Below, piece by piece: positions 9,874 to 18,910 of a stretch of DNA of 64,000 bases. This DNA is from Nitrospirota bacterium (lineage in GTDB: Bacteria; Nitrospirota; UBA9217). Within the stretch, counting starts at the first letter, position 1, and the number at the start of each line of letters is the position of its first letter. The DNA is taken from NCBI GenBank assembly GCA_963740085.1, contig CAVUCU010000001.1, forward strand, positions 288,001 to 352,000, read 5' to 3'. The translations under genes and the position numbers were made by a program. A model generated the notes under the pieces. The model searched no databases. It was not told where the DNA came from and saw only the letters and a list, made by a program, of their open reading frames with translations.

Positions 9874-11304
9874 ATGGTGCGCGGGATCGACAAATCGACT
9901 ATCGTGACAATCAATCCCTTCTTTAAACCTTTCTTTCTGTTCTTCCTGACCGTATCCCTCCTGGGCCTCGGCAATGGATGTGCGACCTTGCCGAACGTTT
10001 CCGAAATGATTAATGAGACGCCGGCTGCACAGAAACCCCGTCAAATCGTTTCGTCCAAAGGGCTGTTGTCTCCCCAGAAAAGCAAAGCTATCATGGAACG
10101 GCTGAAGCGATCGGTCGACCCGACCGACATTCTGGAGCGCCACACTGCCGTGGTAGAATCGGTCACCGAAAGCCCGCTGACGAAGGGGAACAAAGTCACA
10201 CTGCTCGCCGATGGTCAGGCTGCCTATGCCGCCATGTTCAAGGCAATACAGATTGCCAAAGACCACATCAACCTTGAAAGCTATATCATTGAAGATGATG
10301 AAGCTGGCCGAAAATTTTCCGATCTGTTGCTGCAAAAACAGGCGGAAGGTGTCCCGGTAAATCTCATCTATGACAGCATCGGCAGTTTCAGTACCCCTAC
10401 TGCATTTTTCCAGCGCCTGCGGGACGGGGGAATTCAGGTGGTCGAATTCAATCCAATAAATCCGTTCAAAGCCCACGGGCACTGGCTCCTGGCGCATCCG
10501 GACCACCGCAAGATTTTGATCATCGACGGCAACGTCGCCATTGCAGGGGGTATCAATATCAGTTCGGTTTATTCGAGCGGTCTTTCAGGAAGGCGAGTAG
10601 TGGAAGGAAAACCCCTGCCCTGGCGTGACACCGACGTTCAAATCGAAGGCCCTGCGGTGGCTGAATTCCAGAAGCTATTTCTTGACACCTGGCAGAAGCA
10701 GAGCGGCCCGAAACTCCCTGAACGGAACTATTTCCCTGAGCTGAAAGAAAAGGGAAATGCCCTGGTGCGGGTGGTCGGCAGCACGCCGGGACAGAACAAC
10801 AGGATCACTTTTATCGTCTATGTGTCCGCCATCACTTTTGCAGAGCATTCGATTCACCTGACGAATTCCTATTTTATCCCCGACGACCAGATACTGGATG
10901 CCTTCACTGATGCCGCCAGGCGGGGTGTTGACGTAAAGATCATTCTGCCCTCAACCAGCGATTCCTCGCTGTCCTTAGATGCGGCACGGTATAATTATTC
11001 CGAGCTTTTGAAATCGGGGGTGAAGTTGTACGAACGCCGCAACGCCCTGTTGCATGCGAAAACTGCGGTGATTGACGGCATCTGGTCGACCGTCGGTTCT
11101 ACCAACATGGACTATTGGAGCTTGTTAAGCGATGACGAGGTGAATGCCGTTATCCTGAGTCGCGAGTTTGCCGTCGAAATGGAGAAGATGTTTGCCAGGG
11201 ACCTCGCAGAATCACAGCAGATTCAATGGGAAGAGTGGAAAAAAAGACCCTTGTTTCCAAGGATCAGGGAGTGGTTTGCACACGTATTTTCCCATTGGAT
11301 GTAA
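9874..11304 (+). CDS. cls: cardiolipin synthase / PLD family lipoprotein
   Basis: Two HKD motifs (HRKILIID, HAKTAVID), WRDTDV, lipobox-like GNGC after a hydrophobic stretch. Confidence 0.88.
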   Translation: MVRGIDKSTIVTINPFFKPFFLFFLTVSLLGLGNGCATLPNVSEMINETPAAQKPRQIVSSKGLLSPQKSKAIMERLKRSVDPTDILERHTAVVESVTESPLTKGNKVTLLADGQAAYAAMFKAIQIAKDHINLESYIIEDDEAGRKFSDLLLQKQAEGVPVNLIYDSIGSFSTPTAFFQRLRDGGIQVVEFNPINPFKAHGHWLLAHPDHRKILIIDGNVAIAGGINISSVYSSGLSGRRVVEGKPLPWRDTDVQIEGPAVAEFQKLFLDTWQKQSGPKLPERNYFPELKEKGNALVRVVGSTPGQNNRITFIVYVSAITFAEHSIHLTNSYFIPDDQILDAFTDAARRGVDVKIILPSTSDSSLSLDAARYNYSELLKSGVKLYERRNALLHAKTAVIDGIWSTVGSTNMDYWSLLSDDEVNAVILSREFAVEMEKMFARDLAESQQIQWEEWKKRPLFPRIREWFAHVFSHWM

Positions 11305-11460
11305 GACATCGCCGCCTTACCGCCGCCTATATACTTAAAGAGATTGCAGATCATCCCGAAATTCATTATACTACGGTAGTCAAAAGAGGTTATTACGGGT
11401 TTTGAGACGACCTGATGTTTCAGGACCTGTTTCTACTCTTGATACTATCCAGATATAACC

Positions 11461-12666
11461 ATGACCATCGCTTACTTCGATTGTTTTTCCGGCATATCCG
11501 GCGACATGACCCTCGGCGCGCTTGTGGACGCGGGCGTCTCGATCGACGCCTTGCGCGCGGAACTGGCGAGACTCGATCTTCCCGGCTACGAGATCACGTC
11601 TGACAAGGTTAAACGTTCCGGAATTGCCGCCACCAGGGTCCATGTCATCATTGATCAGAAAGACCAGACATCGCGCCATCTCTCGGAGATAGAAAAGATC
11701 ATAGAAGGTTCTTCACTGCCTTTAGCGGTAAGAAAGAACAGCCTGCGGATATTCAAACGGCTGGCGGACGCGGAAGCAAAGGTGCACGGCACGACGCCCG
11801 ACAAGATCCACTTCCATGAGGTCGGCGCGGTCGATTCGATTGTGGATATCGTCGGTTCGGTCATCGGTCTTGAGCTTCTGGGCGTCTCGAAGATCATGGC
11901 ATCCGCGATCAATGCCGGCTCAGGCATGGTCCAGACTTCTCACGGAATGCTTCCCATTCCCGCCCCGGCGACGGCTGAGCTGCTTGCCAATATCCCCCTG
12001 TATCAATCAGCAACCCTGTTTGAGCTCACCACGCCCACGGGTGCGGCGATCATCAGCACGCTCGGGTCCTCCTTCGGCCTCATGCCTCCGATGAAGGTCG
12101 AGCGGACCGCCTACGGCGCGGGTGATAAAGATTTTCCGGGACAGCCGAATGTCCTGCGGCTCATGATCGGGGAGCCGGTTGCCGGGTACGATGAGGATAC
12201 GTCCATCGTCATCGAGACGAATATTGATGACATGAACCCGCAGATGTATGATTATGTCGTCGAGAAGCTCATGCAGCAGGGCGCGCAGGATGTGTATCTC
12301 ACTCCGATCATCATGAAAAAAGGCAGGCCCGCGATCCTGTTGTCGGTATTAACCGATCGGTCGAAGACTGATATCCTGCTCAACACCCTGTTCCGGGAAA
12401 CGACCAGCATCGGCGTCCGGATCAAGGAAGCGGGGAGGAAGAAACTCTCCCGCGAGATGCGTGAAGTCGAAACCCCGTATGGCAAGATCGGGATAAAGAT
12501 CAGCAAGAACGGCAATGAGATACTCACGGTGACCCCTGAGTATGAGGATTGCAGAAGGATCGCGGAGGAAAGGCGAATACCTTTGAAACAAGTGATAGAA
12601 GAAGCGAAAGCCATCTTTTCTCGCAGAGGCGCAGAGGGCGCAGAGAAAAGCGATGACAGAAAATAA
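11461..12666 (+). CDS. larC: nickel insertion protein LarC
   Basis: YFDCFSGISGDM, IHFHEVGAVDSIVD, ELTTPTG, ETNIDDM, MKKGRP, PEYEDC. Confidence 0.95.
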   Translation: MTIAYFDCFSGISGDMTLGALVDAGVSIDALRAELARLDLPGYEITSDKVKRSGIAATRVHVIIDQKDQTSRHLSEIEKIIEGSSLPLAVRKNSLRIFKRLADAEAKVHGTTPDKIHFHEVGAVDSIVDIVGSVIGLELLGVSKIMASAINAGSGMVQTSHGMLPIPAPATAELLANIPLYQSATLFELTTPTGAAIISTLGSSFGLMPPMKVERTAYGAGDKDFPGQPNVLRLMIGEPVAGYDEDTSIVIETNIDDMNPQMYDYVVEKLMQQGAQDVYLTPIIMKKGRPAILLSVLTDRSKTDILLNTLFRETTSIGVRIKEAGRKKLSREMREVETPYGKIGIKISKNGNEILTVTPEYEDCRRIAEERRIPLKQVIEEAKAIFSRRGAEGAEKSDDRK

Positions 12667-13087
12667 TATAACGGGTAATATCATAGACTGCTGCCTTAAA
12701 ATTCATAAGACGTTAGGCCCTGGACTTTTGGAATCGGTCTATGAGGAAGCACTGGCATACGAATTAAAAAGAAGAGGTCTTCCTTGCGACAGGCAGGTTG
12801 AAGTTCCAGTTGTTTATGACGGGATCAAGATGAATATTGGCTTTCGCGCCGATATTATCGTGGATGGCGAGGTCATTGTAGAACTGAAATCCATTGAATC
12901 GGTTCACCCTGTTCACAAGAAGCAGCTTCTGACTTATTTGAAGTTATCACAAAAGAGAGTCGGACTGTTAATCAACTTTAACGAAGATTTCATCAAGAAC
13001 GGAATTGCTCGGATTGCGAATGGCATTTAACCGCTGACCTTTTGAATTTTATTTGCATCACTCTGCGCACTCTGCGCCTCTGCGAGA
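12619..13087. mobile_element. GxxExxY-1 cassette: gene bracketed by 27-bp inverted tandem-repeat arms
   Basis: Left arm 12619-12645 TCTCGCAGAGGCGCAGAGGGCGCAGAG and right arm 13061-13087 CTCTGCGCACTCTGCGCCTCTGCGAGA are 26/27 complementary. Mobility is inferred. Confidence 0.6.
12653..13030 (+). CDS. GxxExxY protein (PD-(D/E)XK-like)
   Basis: LGPGLLESVY, RADIIV, VELK, QLLTYLK, GLLINF. AT-rich relative to neighbours. Confidence 0.93.
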   Translation: MTENNITGNIIDCCLKIHKTLGPGLLESVYEEALAYELKRRGLPCDRQVEVPVVYDGIKMNIGFRADIIVDGEVIVELKSIESVHPVHKKQLLTYLKLSQKRVGLLINFNEDFIKNGIARIANGI

Positions 13088-13097
13088 TAAAAAGAGA

Positions 13098-14810
13098 ATG
13101 AGAACGATCCGCATTTCCATGGCACAGATCAACCCCGTCGTCGGCGATCTCGCGGGCAACCGGGATAAGATCATCGACGCGATCAATAACGCGAAAAAGC
13201 TCGATGCCGACATTGTCGCGCTGCCGGAGCTTGCCGTGACCGGTTATCCGCCGGAGGACCTGCTGCTGAAGCCCCGGTTCGTGCAGGACAGCATCAGGAC
13301 CCTCAAAGAGATCCAGCGGACTACGAGGGGTATCATCGCGATCGTCGGGTTCGTTGACAAGAGCCGCGACAACCTCTTCAATGCAGCCGCCATATTGACC
13401 CAGGGGAAACATATCTACACCTATCGCAAGGTCTTCCTGCCGAATTACGGCGTGTTCGATGAATATCGGTACTTCACTCCGGGAGGACGCTACCCCGTCA
13501 TCACGGTCAAGGGCGTCGGCGTGGGCGTGAATATCTGCGAGGACATCTGGTATGAAGAAGGGCCCACGCGCGTCCAGGCGCTGGCGGGCGCGGAGGTTAT
13601 CGTGAACATCAACGCGTCTCCCTACCATAAAGGCAAGGGCAAAGAGCGCTTGAAAATGCTTTCCGAGCGGGCGAAAGAGAACAACATCGTTATCTCATAT
13701 ACCAATACCGTCGGCGGTCAGGACGAGCTCGTTTTTGACGGCCAGAGCATGATCATCGATCGGAGCGGTAAAATTATCGCTCGCGGGAGGCAATTCGAAG
13801 AGGAACTGCTGACCATGGATATCCCTGTTCCCGGGGACATGGTCCGCTTTCCCGATAACCGGGAGCAGTTCAGCGATTTCCTCGATTATGTCTCTCTGTC
13901 GGAGTATCCGGCAGGAGCAAAGAAAAAGCTTCCTGTTGTAAGCCCCACCAAACCCCTCTCCGAGTGCGAGGAGGTGCACCGTGCCCTCGTGCTCGGCACG
14001 CGGGATTATATGCGCAAGAACGGTTTCAAGTCCGCGGTCATCGGCCTCTCAGGCGGCATTGATTCGTCGCTCGTAGCCGCGATCGCCGTGGAGGCCATGG
14101 GAAAAGAGAATGTGTTCGGCGTGTTCATGCCGTCACCGTACAGCTCGGACGAGAGCCGCGAAGACGCCGGCGATCTTGCCCGCAACCTCGGCATCAGGAT
14201 CCTGGAGATCCCCATCAAGCAGACCTTTGAATCGTATCTCACGACGCTTCGCCGGGTGTTCGAGAAAACAACGACCGACGTAACCGAAGAGAACCTCCAG
14301 GCCAGGATCCGGGGCAATATCCTTATGGCCCTCTCGAACAAGTTCGGCTGGCTCGTGCTCACCACGGGCAACAAGAGCGAGATGTCCGTTGGATATGCCA
14401 CATTATACGGTGACATGGCCGGGGGCTTTGCCGTGATCAAGGACGTTCCCAAGACCCTGGTCTATGAAGTATCACGATGCGTGAACAAGCTCGCGGGGAA
14501 GACCGTGATCCCGAGGCGCGTTATGACCAAGGCGCCGACCGCGGAACTCAGGCCGAACCAGAAGGACAGCGATTCCCTCCCCCTGTATTCGGAACTCGAC
14601 CCGATCCTGAAGGCCTATGTTGAGCAGGACAGAGAACGCACCGAGATAATCAAGATGGGATTTGACAGAAAGACCGTGGAACGCGTGATCCGTCTCGTGG
14701 ACTCAAGCGAGTACAAACGCCGCCAGGCCCCTCCCGGGGTCAAGATCACCCAGCGGGGACTGGGCAAGGACCGAAGGTTCCCGATAACGAACAGGTACAA
14801 GAGCTCTTAA
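13098..14810 (+). CDS. nadE: glutamine-dependent NAD+ synthetase
   Basis: Nitrilase domain (LPEL, GYPPEDL, ICED) plus SGGIDS and ENLQARIRG. Confidence 0.95.
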   Translation: MRTIRISMAQINPVVGDLAGNRDKIIDAINNAKKLDADIVALPELAVTGYPPEDLLLKPRFVQDSIRTLKEIQRTTRGIIAIVGFVDKSRDNLFNAAAILTQGKHIYTYRKVFLPNYGVFDEYRYFTPGGRYPVITVKGVGVGVNICEDIWYEEGPTRVQALAGAEVIVNINASPYHKGKGKERLKMLSERAKENNIVISYTNTVGGQDELVFDGQSMIIDRSGKIIARGRQFEEELLTMDIPVPGDMVRFPDNREQFSDFLDYVSLSEYPAGAKKKLPVVSPTKPLSECEEVHRALVLGTRDYMRKNGFKSAVIGLSGGIDSSLVAAIAVEAMGKENVFGVFMPSPYSSDESREDAGDLARNLGIRILEIPIKQTFESYLTTLRRVFEKTTTDVTEENLQARIRGNILMALSNKFGWLVLTTGNKSEMSVGYATLYGDMAGGFAVIKDVPKTLVYEVSRCVNKLAGKTVIPRRVMTKAPTAELRPNQKDSDSLPLYSELDPILKAYVEQDRERTEIIKMGFDRKTVERVIRLVDSSEYKRRQAPPGVKITQRGLGKDRRFPITNRYKSS

Positions 14811-14812
14811 AT

Positions 14813-14896
14813 TCAGGGTACAGGGGCAAGGGTACAGGGTTCAGTCGTTCTGGTTTTACCTGTTTCCTTAACCCTTAACCCTGAACCCTGATCCCT
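14813..14896. repeat. 7-nt-period inverted tandem repeat element (class B)
   Basis: TCAGGGT-ACAGGGG-CAAGGGT-ACAGGGT-TCAG ... TTAACCC-TTAACCC-TGAACCC-TGATCCCT. Confidence 0.85.
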
Positions 14897-14897
14897 T

Positions 14898-15779
14898 ATG
14901 ACTTTCGGAACTCTCTACATAGTCGCCACCCCTATCGGGAACCTCGAGGACATGACCCTCCGGGCGATCCGCACGATGAAGGAAGCCGATCTCGTTGCCG
15001 CGGAAGACACCAGGCATACCAGACATCTGCTCGACCGGTATCAAATAGAGACGCAGCTCACCAGCTACCACGACCACAACAAGGAAGAAAAGGCCCCGGT
15101 CCTGGTCGCGCGAATGCTCGAAGGAAAGAGCGTGGCCCTCGTTTCCGACGCAGGTACTCCCGGCATCTCGGACCCCGGCTATTTCCTCATCAATCTTGCC
15201 ATAGACCGAAAGATCCCTGTCGTTCCCATCCCCGGGGCAACCGCTGCTATCGCCGCGCTCTCGGTCTCGGGCATGCCGACCGACCGGTTTATATTCGAAG
15301 GTTTTCTCCCGGCAAAACATCTGGCACGGCTCAAGCGTTTGAAGGAACTTGCCGCGGAAGAACGCACCATTGTCTTTTACGAAGCCCCGCACAAGATCAT
15401 CAGGGCAGTCGAGGACATGTTCGAGGTCTTTGGCGACCGTCGTGCGGTCATTACCCGCGAGTTGACCAAGATCCATGAAGAAACCATCCGCGGAACGCTT
15501 TCGAAATGTCTCAAACGCCTCCAGGAAGGCACCATCAAAGGCGAATTCACCGTCATTGTTCACGGTGCAACGAAGGATCCGAAGACGCAGAACCTCGATA
15601 CCGCCGCGTATCTCAAAAATCTCATCCTCCACCGCGGCCTGAGCAGAAAAGAAGCTATTTCAGTTGCCGCAGATGAACTTGGCATACCGAAGAAGGACGT
15701 GTACAGGGAAAGCCTGAAGATGGAGGCTACACCGGGTAATTCGAAGGGAAGCGAGGATGGAGAAGAAAAGACGTCGTAA
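14898..15779 (+). CDS. rsmI: 16S rRNA (C1402) 2'-O-methyltransferase
   Basis: LYIVATPIGNLED, AAEDTR, SDAGTPGISDPG, RELTKIHE. Confidence 0.95.
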   Translation: MTFGTLYIVATPIGNLEDMTLRAIRTMKEADLVAAEDTRHTRHLLDRYQIETQLTSYHDHNKEEKAPVLVARMLEGKSVALVSDAGTPGISDPGYFLINLAIDRKIPVVPIPGATAAIAALSVSGMPTDRFIFEGFLPAKHLARLKRLKELAAEERTIVFYEAPHKIIRAVEDMFEVFGDRRAVITRELTKIHEETIRGTLSKCLKRLQEGTIKGEFTVIVHGATKDPKTQNLDTAAYLKNLILHRGLSRKEAISVAADELGIPKKDVYRESLKMEATPGNSKGSEDGEEKTS

Positions 15780-15791
15780 ATGACCGCTGCC

Positions 15792-16235
15792 TCAGAGATA
15801 CACCCCGAGCCCTATTACGACATTCACGAGATAAAGGCAGAGGATGGCAACGCCGAGAATGAAATGAGGAGTGCGATAGGGAGAGTCCGGTCCTTTAATG
15901 TCGCGTGTTATCTTATAAGTCGCAATCAGCAGGACAACGATGGTGAACCCGGTGAAGAGATGAGGCGGAAATTCAAGAACGTTGCCCGTATCAAGAAGGA
16001 CAAGGGTGAGCCCTTCCAGGAACCCGAGCCCACCCAGGATCACCAGAACAGGCCCCATCCTCCGATGACGCTTGATCAATGGAAACGGTAATGGCGCGCG
16101 TCCCCTTCTCTCCCGCCGGATCCTGAGCCCGAGCCATCCCTGATACAGGAAAAGCAGCATCACGACCGCGTTATAGATGCCGTGCACCGGCCGGAGATCA
16201 GCGAGTAATTGTCTGTCGATCAGGGGATATTGCAT
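15792..16235 (-). CDS. DUF4079-like membrane protein (His-containing TM helices)
   Basis: Four TM segments with His residues (PVHG, KRHRR, PHLFTG, PHFILG). Confidence 0.7.
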   Translation of the reverse strand: MQYPLIDRQLLADLRPVHGIYNAVVMLLFLYQGWLGLRIRRERRGRAPLPFPLIKRHRRMGPVLVILGGLGFLEGLTLVLLDTGNVLEFPPHLFTGFTIVVLLIATYKITRDIKGPDSPYRTPHFILGVAILCLYLVNVVIGLGVYL

Positions 16236-16252
16236 AAATATATTTACTCTGT

Positions 16253-16283
16253 ACTCCGAACTCCGAACGCTAAACTCCGAACT
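16253..16283. repeat. class B heptamer tandem (single arm)
   Basis: ACTCCGA-ACTCCGA-ACGCTAA-ACTCCGA-ACT, the same unit as the intra-mutL element. Confidence 0.75.
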
Positions 16284-16288
16284 GCAAT

Positions 16289-16789
16289 CTACTCCACCAC
16301 CTCGATCGTACCGTCCATGCCACGATCTTTATGGCTCTTGAACCACAGAAGCCTCTTGTCGCAGAACATATCGTACTTCCCAACTTTTGTCGGAGTGAAT
16401 TTAATTATCTCCGGCTTTTTGTCACTGAGATTCGCTTTAAAATCGATGCCTGCTTCAGGAGCTTTTACGATCATATCATGCGGGATGTATCCCGGCGCTT
16501 TCTTGACCGTCAGCTCGACCGGTACATTCACCTTCACGACAATATAGTTTGGATCGAAATAGTAGTCACCTCCGGTGACCTCTACGCGCTGTACTCCATC
16601 AGCTCCTACTGTCGCGACCACACGGTTTATCTTCCCCATTGCATGATCATGCTGCTCCACCCCTGCTGCCGGCGCCATGGTCGAATTCACGTCTTGCTTC
16701 ATCTCGACCTTGGGTTCCTCACCGAATGCGACAAAGCTGAATGGCAATACTACTACCAACGCAACGACCAGAAACTTGACGTACTTCAT
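16289..16789 (-). CDS. periplasmic cupredoxin-domain protein
   Basis: Signal peptide, YYFDPNYIVV, PHD, C-x8-H-x4-M (CDKRLLWFKSHKDRGM) type-1 Cu ligands. Confidence 0.85.
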   Translation of the reverse strand: MKYVKFLVVALVVVLPFSFVAFGEEPKVEMKQDVNSTMAPAAGVEQHDHAMGKINRVVATVGADGVQRVEVTGGDYYFDPNYIVVKVNVPVELTVKKAPGYIPHDMIVKAPEAGIDFKANLSDKKPEIIKFTPTKVGKYDMFCDKRLLWFKSHKDRGMDGTIEVVE

Positions 16790-16865
16790 ACCGTTCCTCC
16801 TTGATTGATGAATTGACTTCTGACTTTAAGTATAGCACCAGCTGTACGACTTTATTGCTTCCCTT

Positions 16866-18068
16866 TCAACAGACAGGATATTTGCCTTTGCTTAGTGCCG
16901 TGCAGAACCGGTTGATGTTCGCAAACTCCCGCTTAAAGATGTCCTCGGACGGGCCGATGATCTCGCTCATCTTTTTCCCCCGCTCGAGCAGGACCTGCGC
17001 CGCGGCCACCTGCGGCATGTTGATCGGCGTACCGATGCGGCTCAGAAGCAGGACATACACCTCGCGGATCCCCTCGATCGTTTCATACAGATTTTTTGCG
17101 ATCTTGTGTGCAAGCACATTGTAGATCTTTCCCACATGGCTCACCGGATTCTTGCCTGCCGCAGCTTCAGTGCCCATTGGCCGGTTCATGGAAATAAGCC
17201 CGTTCACCCGGTTCCCTCGCCCCACCTGGCCCGAGTCGGCGTCTTCCGCTGATGTTCCGAGGAGGGCCAGATACACACCTCCGAGACCCCGGCCCTTTTC
17301 GTCAAGGGTATTATAGCTGATTCGAATATCCCTGAAACCTCCGAACCGCATGACAAATTTCCGCATCTCCTGCACGAGCATTTCTTTGTGCTCAAAATAG
17401 TCCTTTTCGGAACGGATATACCTGCAGATCAGCGGCATGGCAACCGTGAGGTCCAGCACCCGCTCCGTCCTCAGACCCATCACCTTGATATCCTCGCCGG
17501 TCTCGGGGTGCGTTCGTTTAAAAGGTCTTGAATTGAGATATCGCTCTAATCCGAGCACAACCTTTTCACAAGGGCTGAGCGGATAATAACCGACGGCCGC
17601 TGATGTATCATTTGCGCCGCGTATTTGCCCCGGGCGGGAAAAGATGTCCTTGAGTTCTTCCGAACCCGGAGCGAGCACCACGCGGTACTTCACGTGCTTC
17701 TGCGGATCAACAAAACGCATATGTTGCTTCAGCCATGCCTGCGCCGCGTTCACGGCAATCTCCGCGACGGGAACTTTTTTCCGGCCGACGGATAAGGTGG
17801 CCCGGTCGCCGATAGTAAGTTCCATGGGTCTCAGGACCCTGCCCCCTCCGAACCTTTTCTCGACCCGTCCGGCGGCAAGCAGCCCCTTGTCGATATTGTG
17901 ATGCAGAATGGCCCCGAACTCCCGCACATACTCCTTCGAGAGCGCGATGGAAATCGCCTCCATCATGGAGTCGCACAGGTAATCCGGATGGCCTGTGCCT
18001 TTTCGCTCAACGATCTCCACACGGTGTTCTGCAACCGATGTTCCCTGATAGGGCTCGATAAGAATCAT
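16866..18068 (-). CDS. mat: methionine adenosyltransferase, archaeal type
   Basis: [58 protein letters not shown]. Confidence 0.92.
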   Translation of the reverse strand: MILIEPYQGTSVAEHRVEIVERKGTGHPDYLCDSMMEAISIALSKEYVREFGAILHHNIDKGLLAAGRVEKRFGGGRVLRPMELTIGDRATLSVGRKKVPVAEIAVNAAQAWLKQHMRFVDPQKHVKYRVVLAPGSEELKDIFSRPGQIRGANDTSAAVGYYPLSPCEKVVLGLERYLNSRPFKRTHPETGEDIKVMGLRTERVLDLTVAMPLICRYIRSEKDYFEHKEMLVQEMRKFVMRFGGFRDIRISYNTLDEKGRGLGGVYLALLGTSAEDADSGQVGRGNRVNGLISMNRPMGTEAAAGKNPVSHVGKIYNVLAHKIAKNLYETIEGIREVYVLLLSRIGTPINMPQVAAAQVLLERGKKMSEIIGPSEDIFKREFANINRFCTALSKGKYPVC

Positions 18069-18214
18069 GATATACAGTTTAGCATAACCCTGTCTGCAAT
18101 TCCGTCCCTGGCGAGAATATCTTTTTTGACAAAGTTCCTTAATTGGGTAATAATGATATACGTACGATAGGAATTCCCGGTTCATCATCTCTCTGGCCAG
18201 CGAGTCCGTTCACC

Positions 18215-18910
18215 ATGATCACAAAAAAAATACTTATCGTCGATGACGAGCCGGACATTGTGGAACTCATCTCTTACAATCTGAAAAAAGAGGGATTTCA
18301 CCTCTCTGCGGCCATGGACGGCGAGGATGCGCTCAAGAAGGTGCGTACGGACCATTTCGACCTCATCATCCTTGACCTCATGCTGCCGGGCATCCATGGC
18401 ATGGAACTTTGCCGCATCCTGAGAAATAACCCGAAGACCGCGCACATTCCCATCATCATGCTGACCGCCAGGGGAGAGGAGTCAGACAAGGTCCACGGCC
18501 TCGAGACCGGCGCCGACGATTACATGACAAAACCGTTCAGTCCAAAGGAGCTCATCGCGCGCGTGAAGGCGATCCTTCGGCGGTCGAAAGAACGGACAGC
18601 GGAGGATCGAACGATCCGGCTCGGCGAGCTGACCATCAATACCGGGACCTTCTCCGTCTCCAAAGGCGGCGCTCCGCTCAACCTGAGCGCAACGGAATTC
18701 AGGCTCCTTCTCTATCTCGTGCAGCGAAGGGGACGGGTCTTCAGCCGCGACCAGCTCCTTGATGCGGTCTGGAAAGAAGAGACCTTCGTCGAATCCCGGA
18801 CCGTTGACGTGCACATCAGGCGTCTCCGCACGCAGATCGAAGACGATCCGTCCAATCCCCGCTATCTCAAGACACGGCGGGGGGTCGGCTATTACGTGGA
18901 GTCCGCATGA
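18215..18910 (+). CDS. phoB: PhoB/OmpR-family response regulator
   Basis: IVDDE, LDLMLP, GADDYMTKPF, RTVDVHIRRLR. Context of phoR and pst. Confidence 0.85.
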   Translation: MITKKILIVDDEPDIVELISYNLKKEGFHLSAAMDGEDALKKVRTDHFDLIILDLMLPGIHGMELCRILRNNPKTAHIPIIMLTARGEESDKVHGLETGADDYMTKPFSPKELIARVKAILRRSKERTAEDRTIRLGELTINTGTFSVSKGGAPLNLSATEFRLLLYLVQRRGRVFSRDQLLDAVWKEETFVESRTVDVHIRRLRTQIEDDPSNPRYLKTRRGVGYYVESA

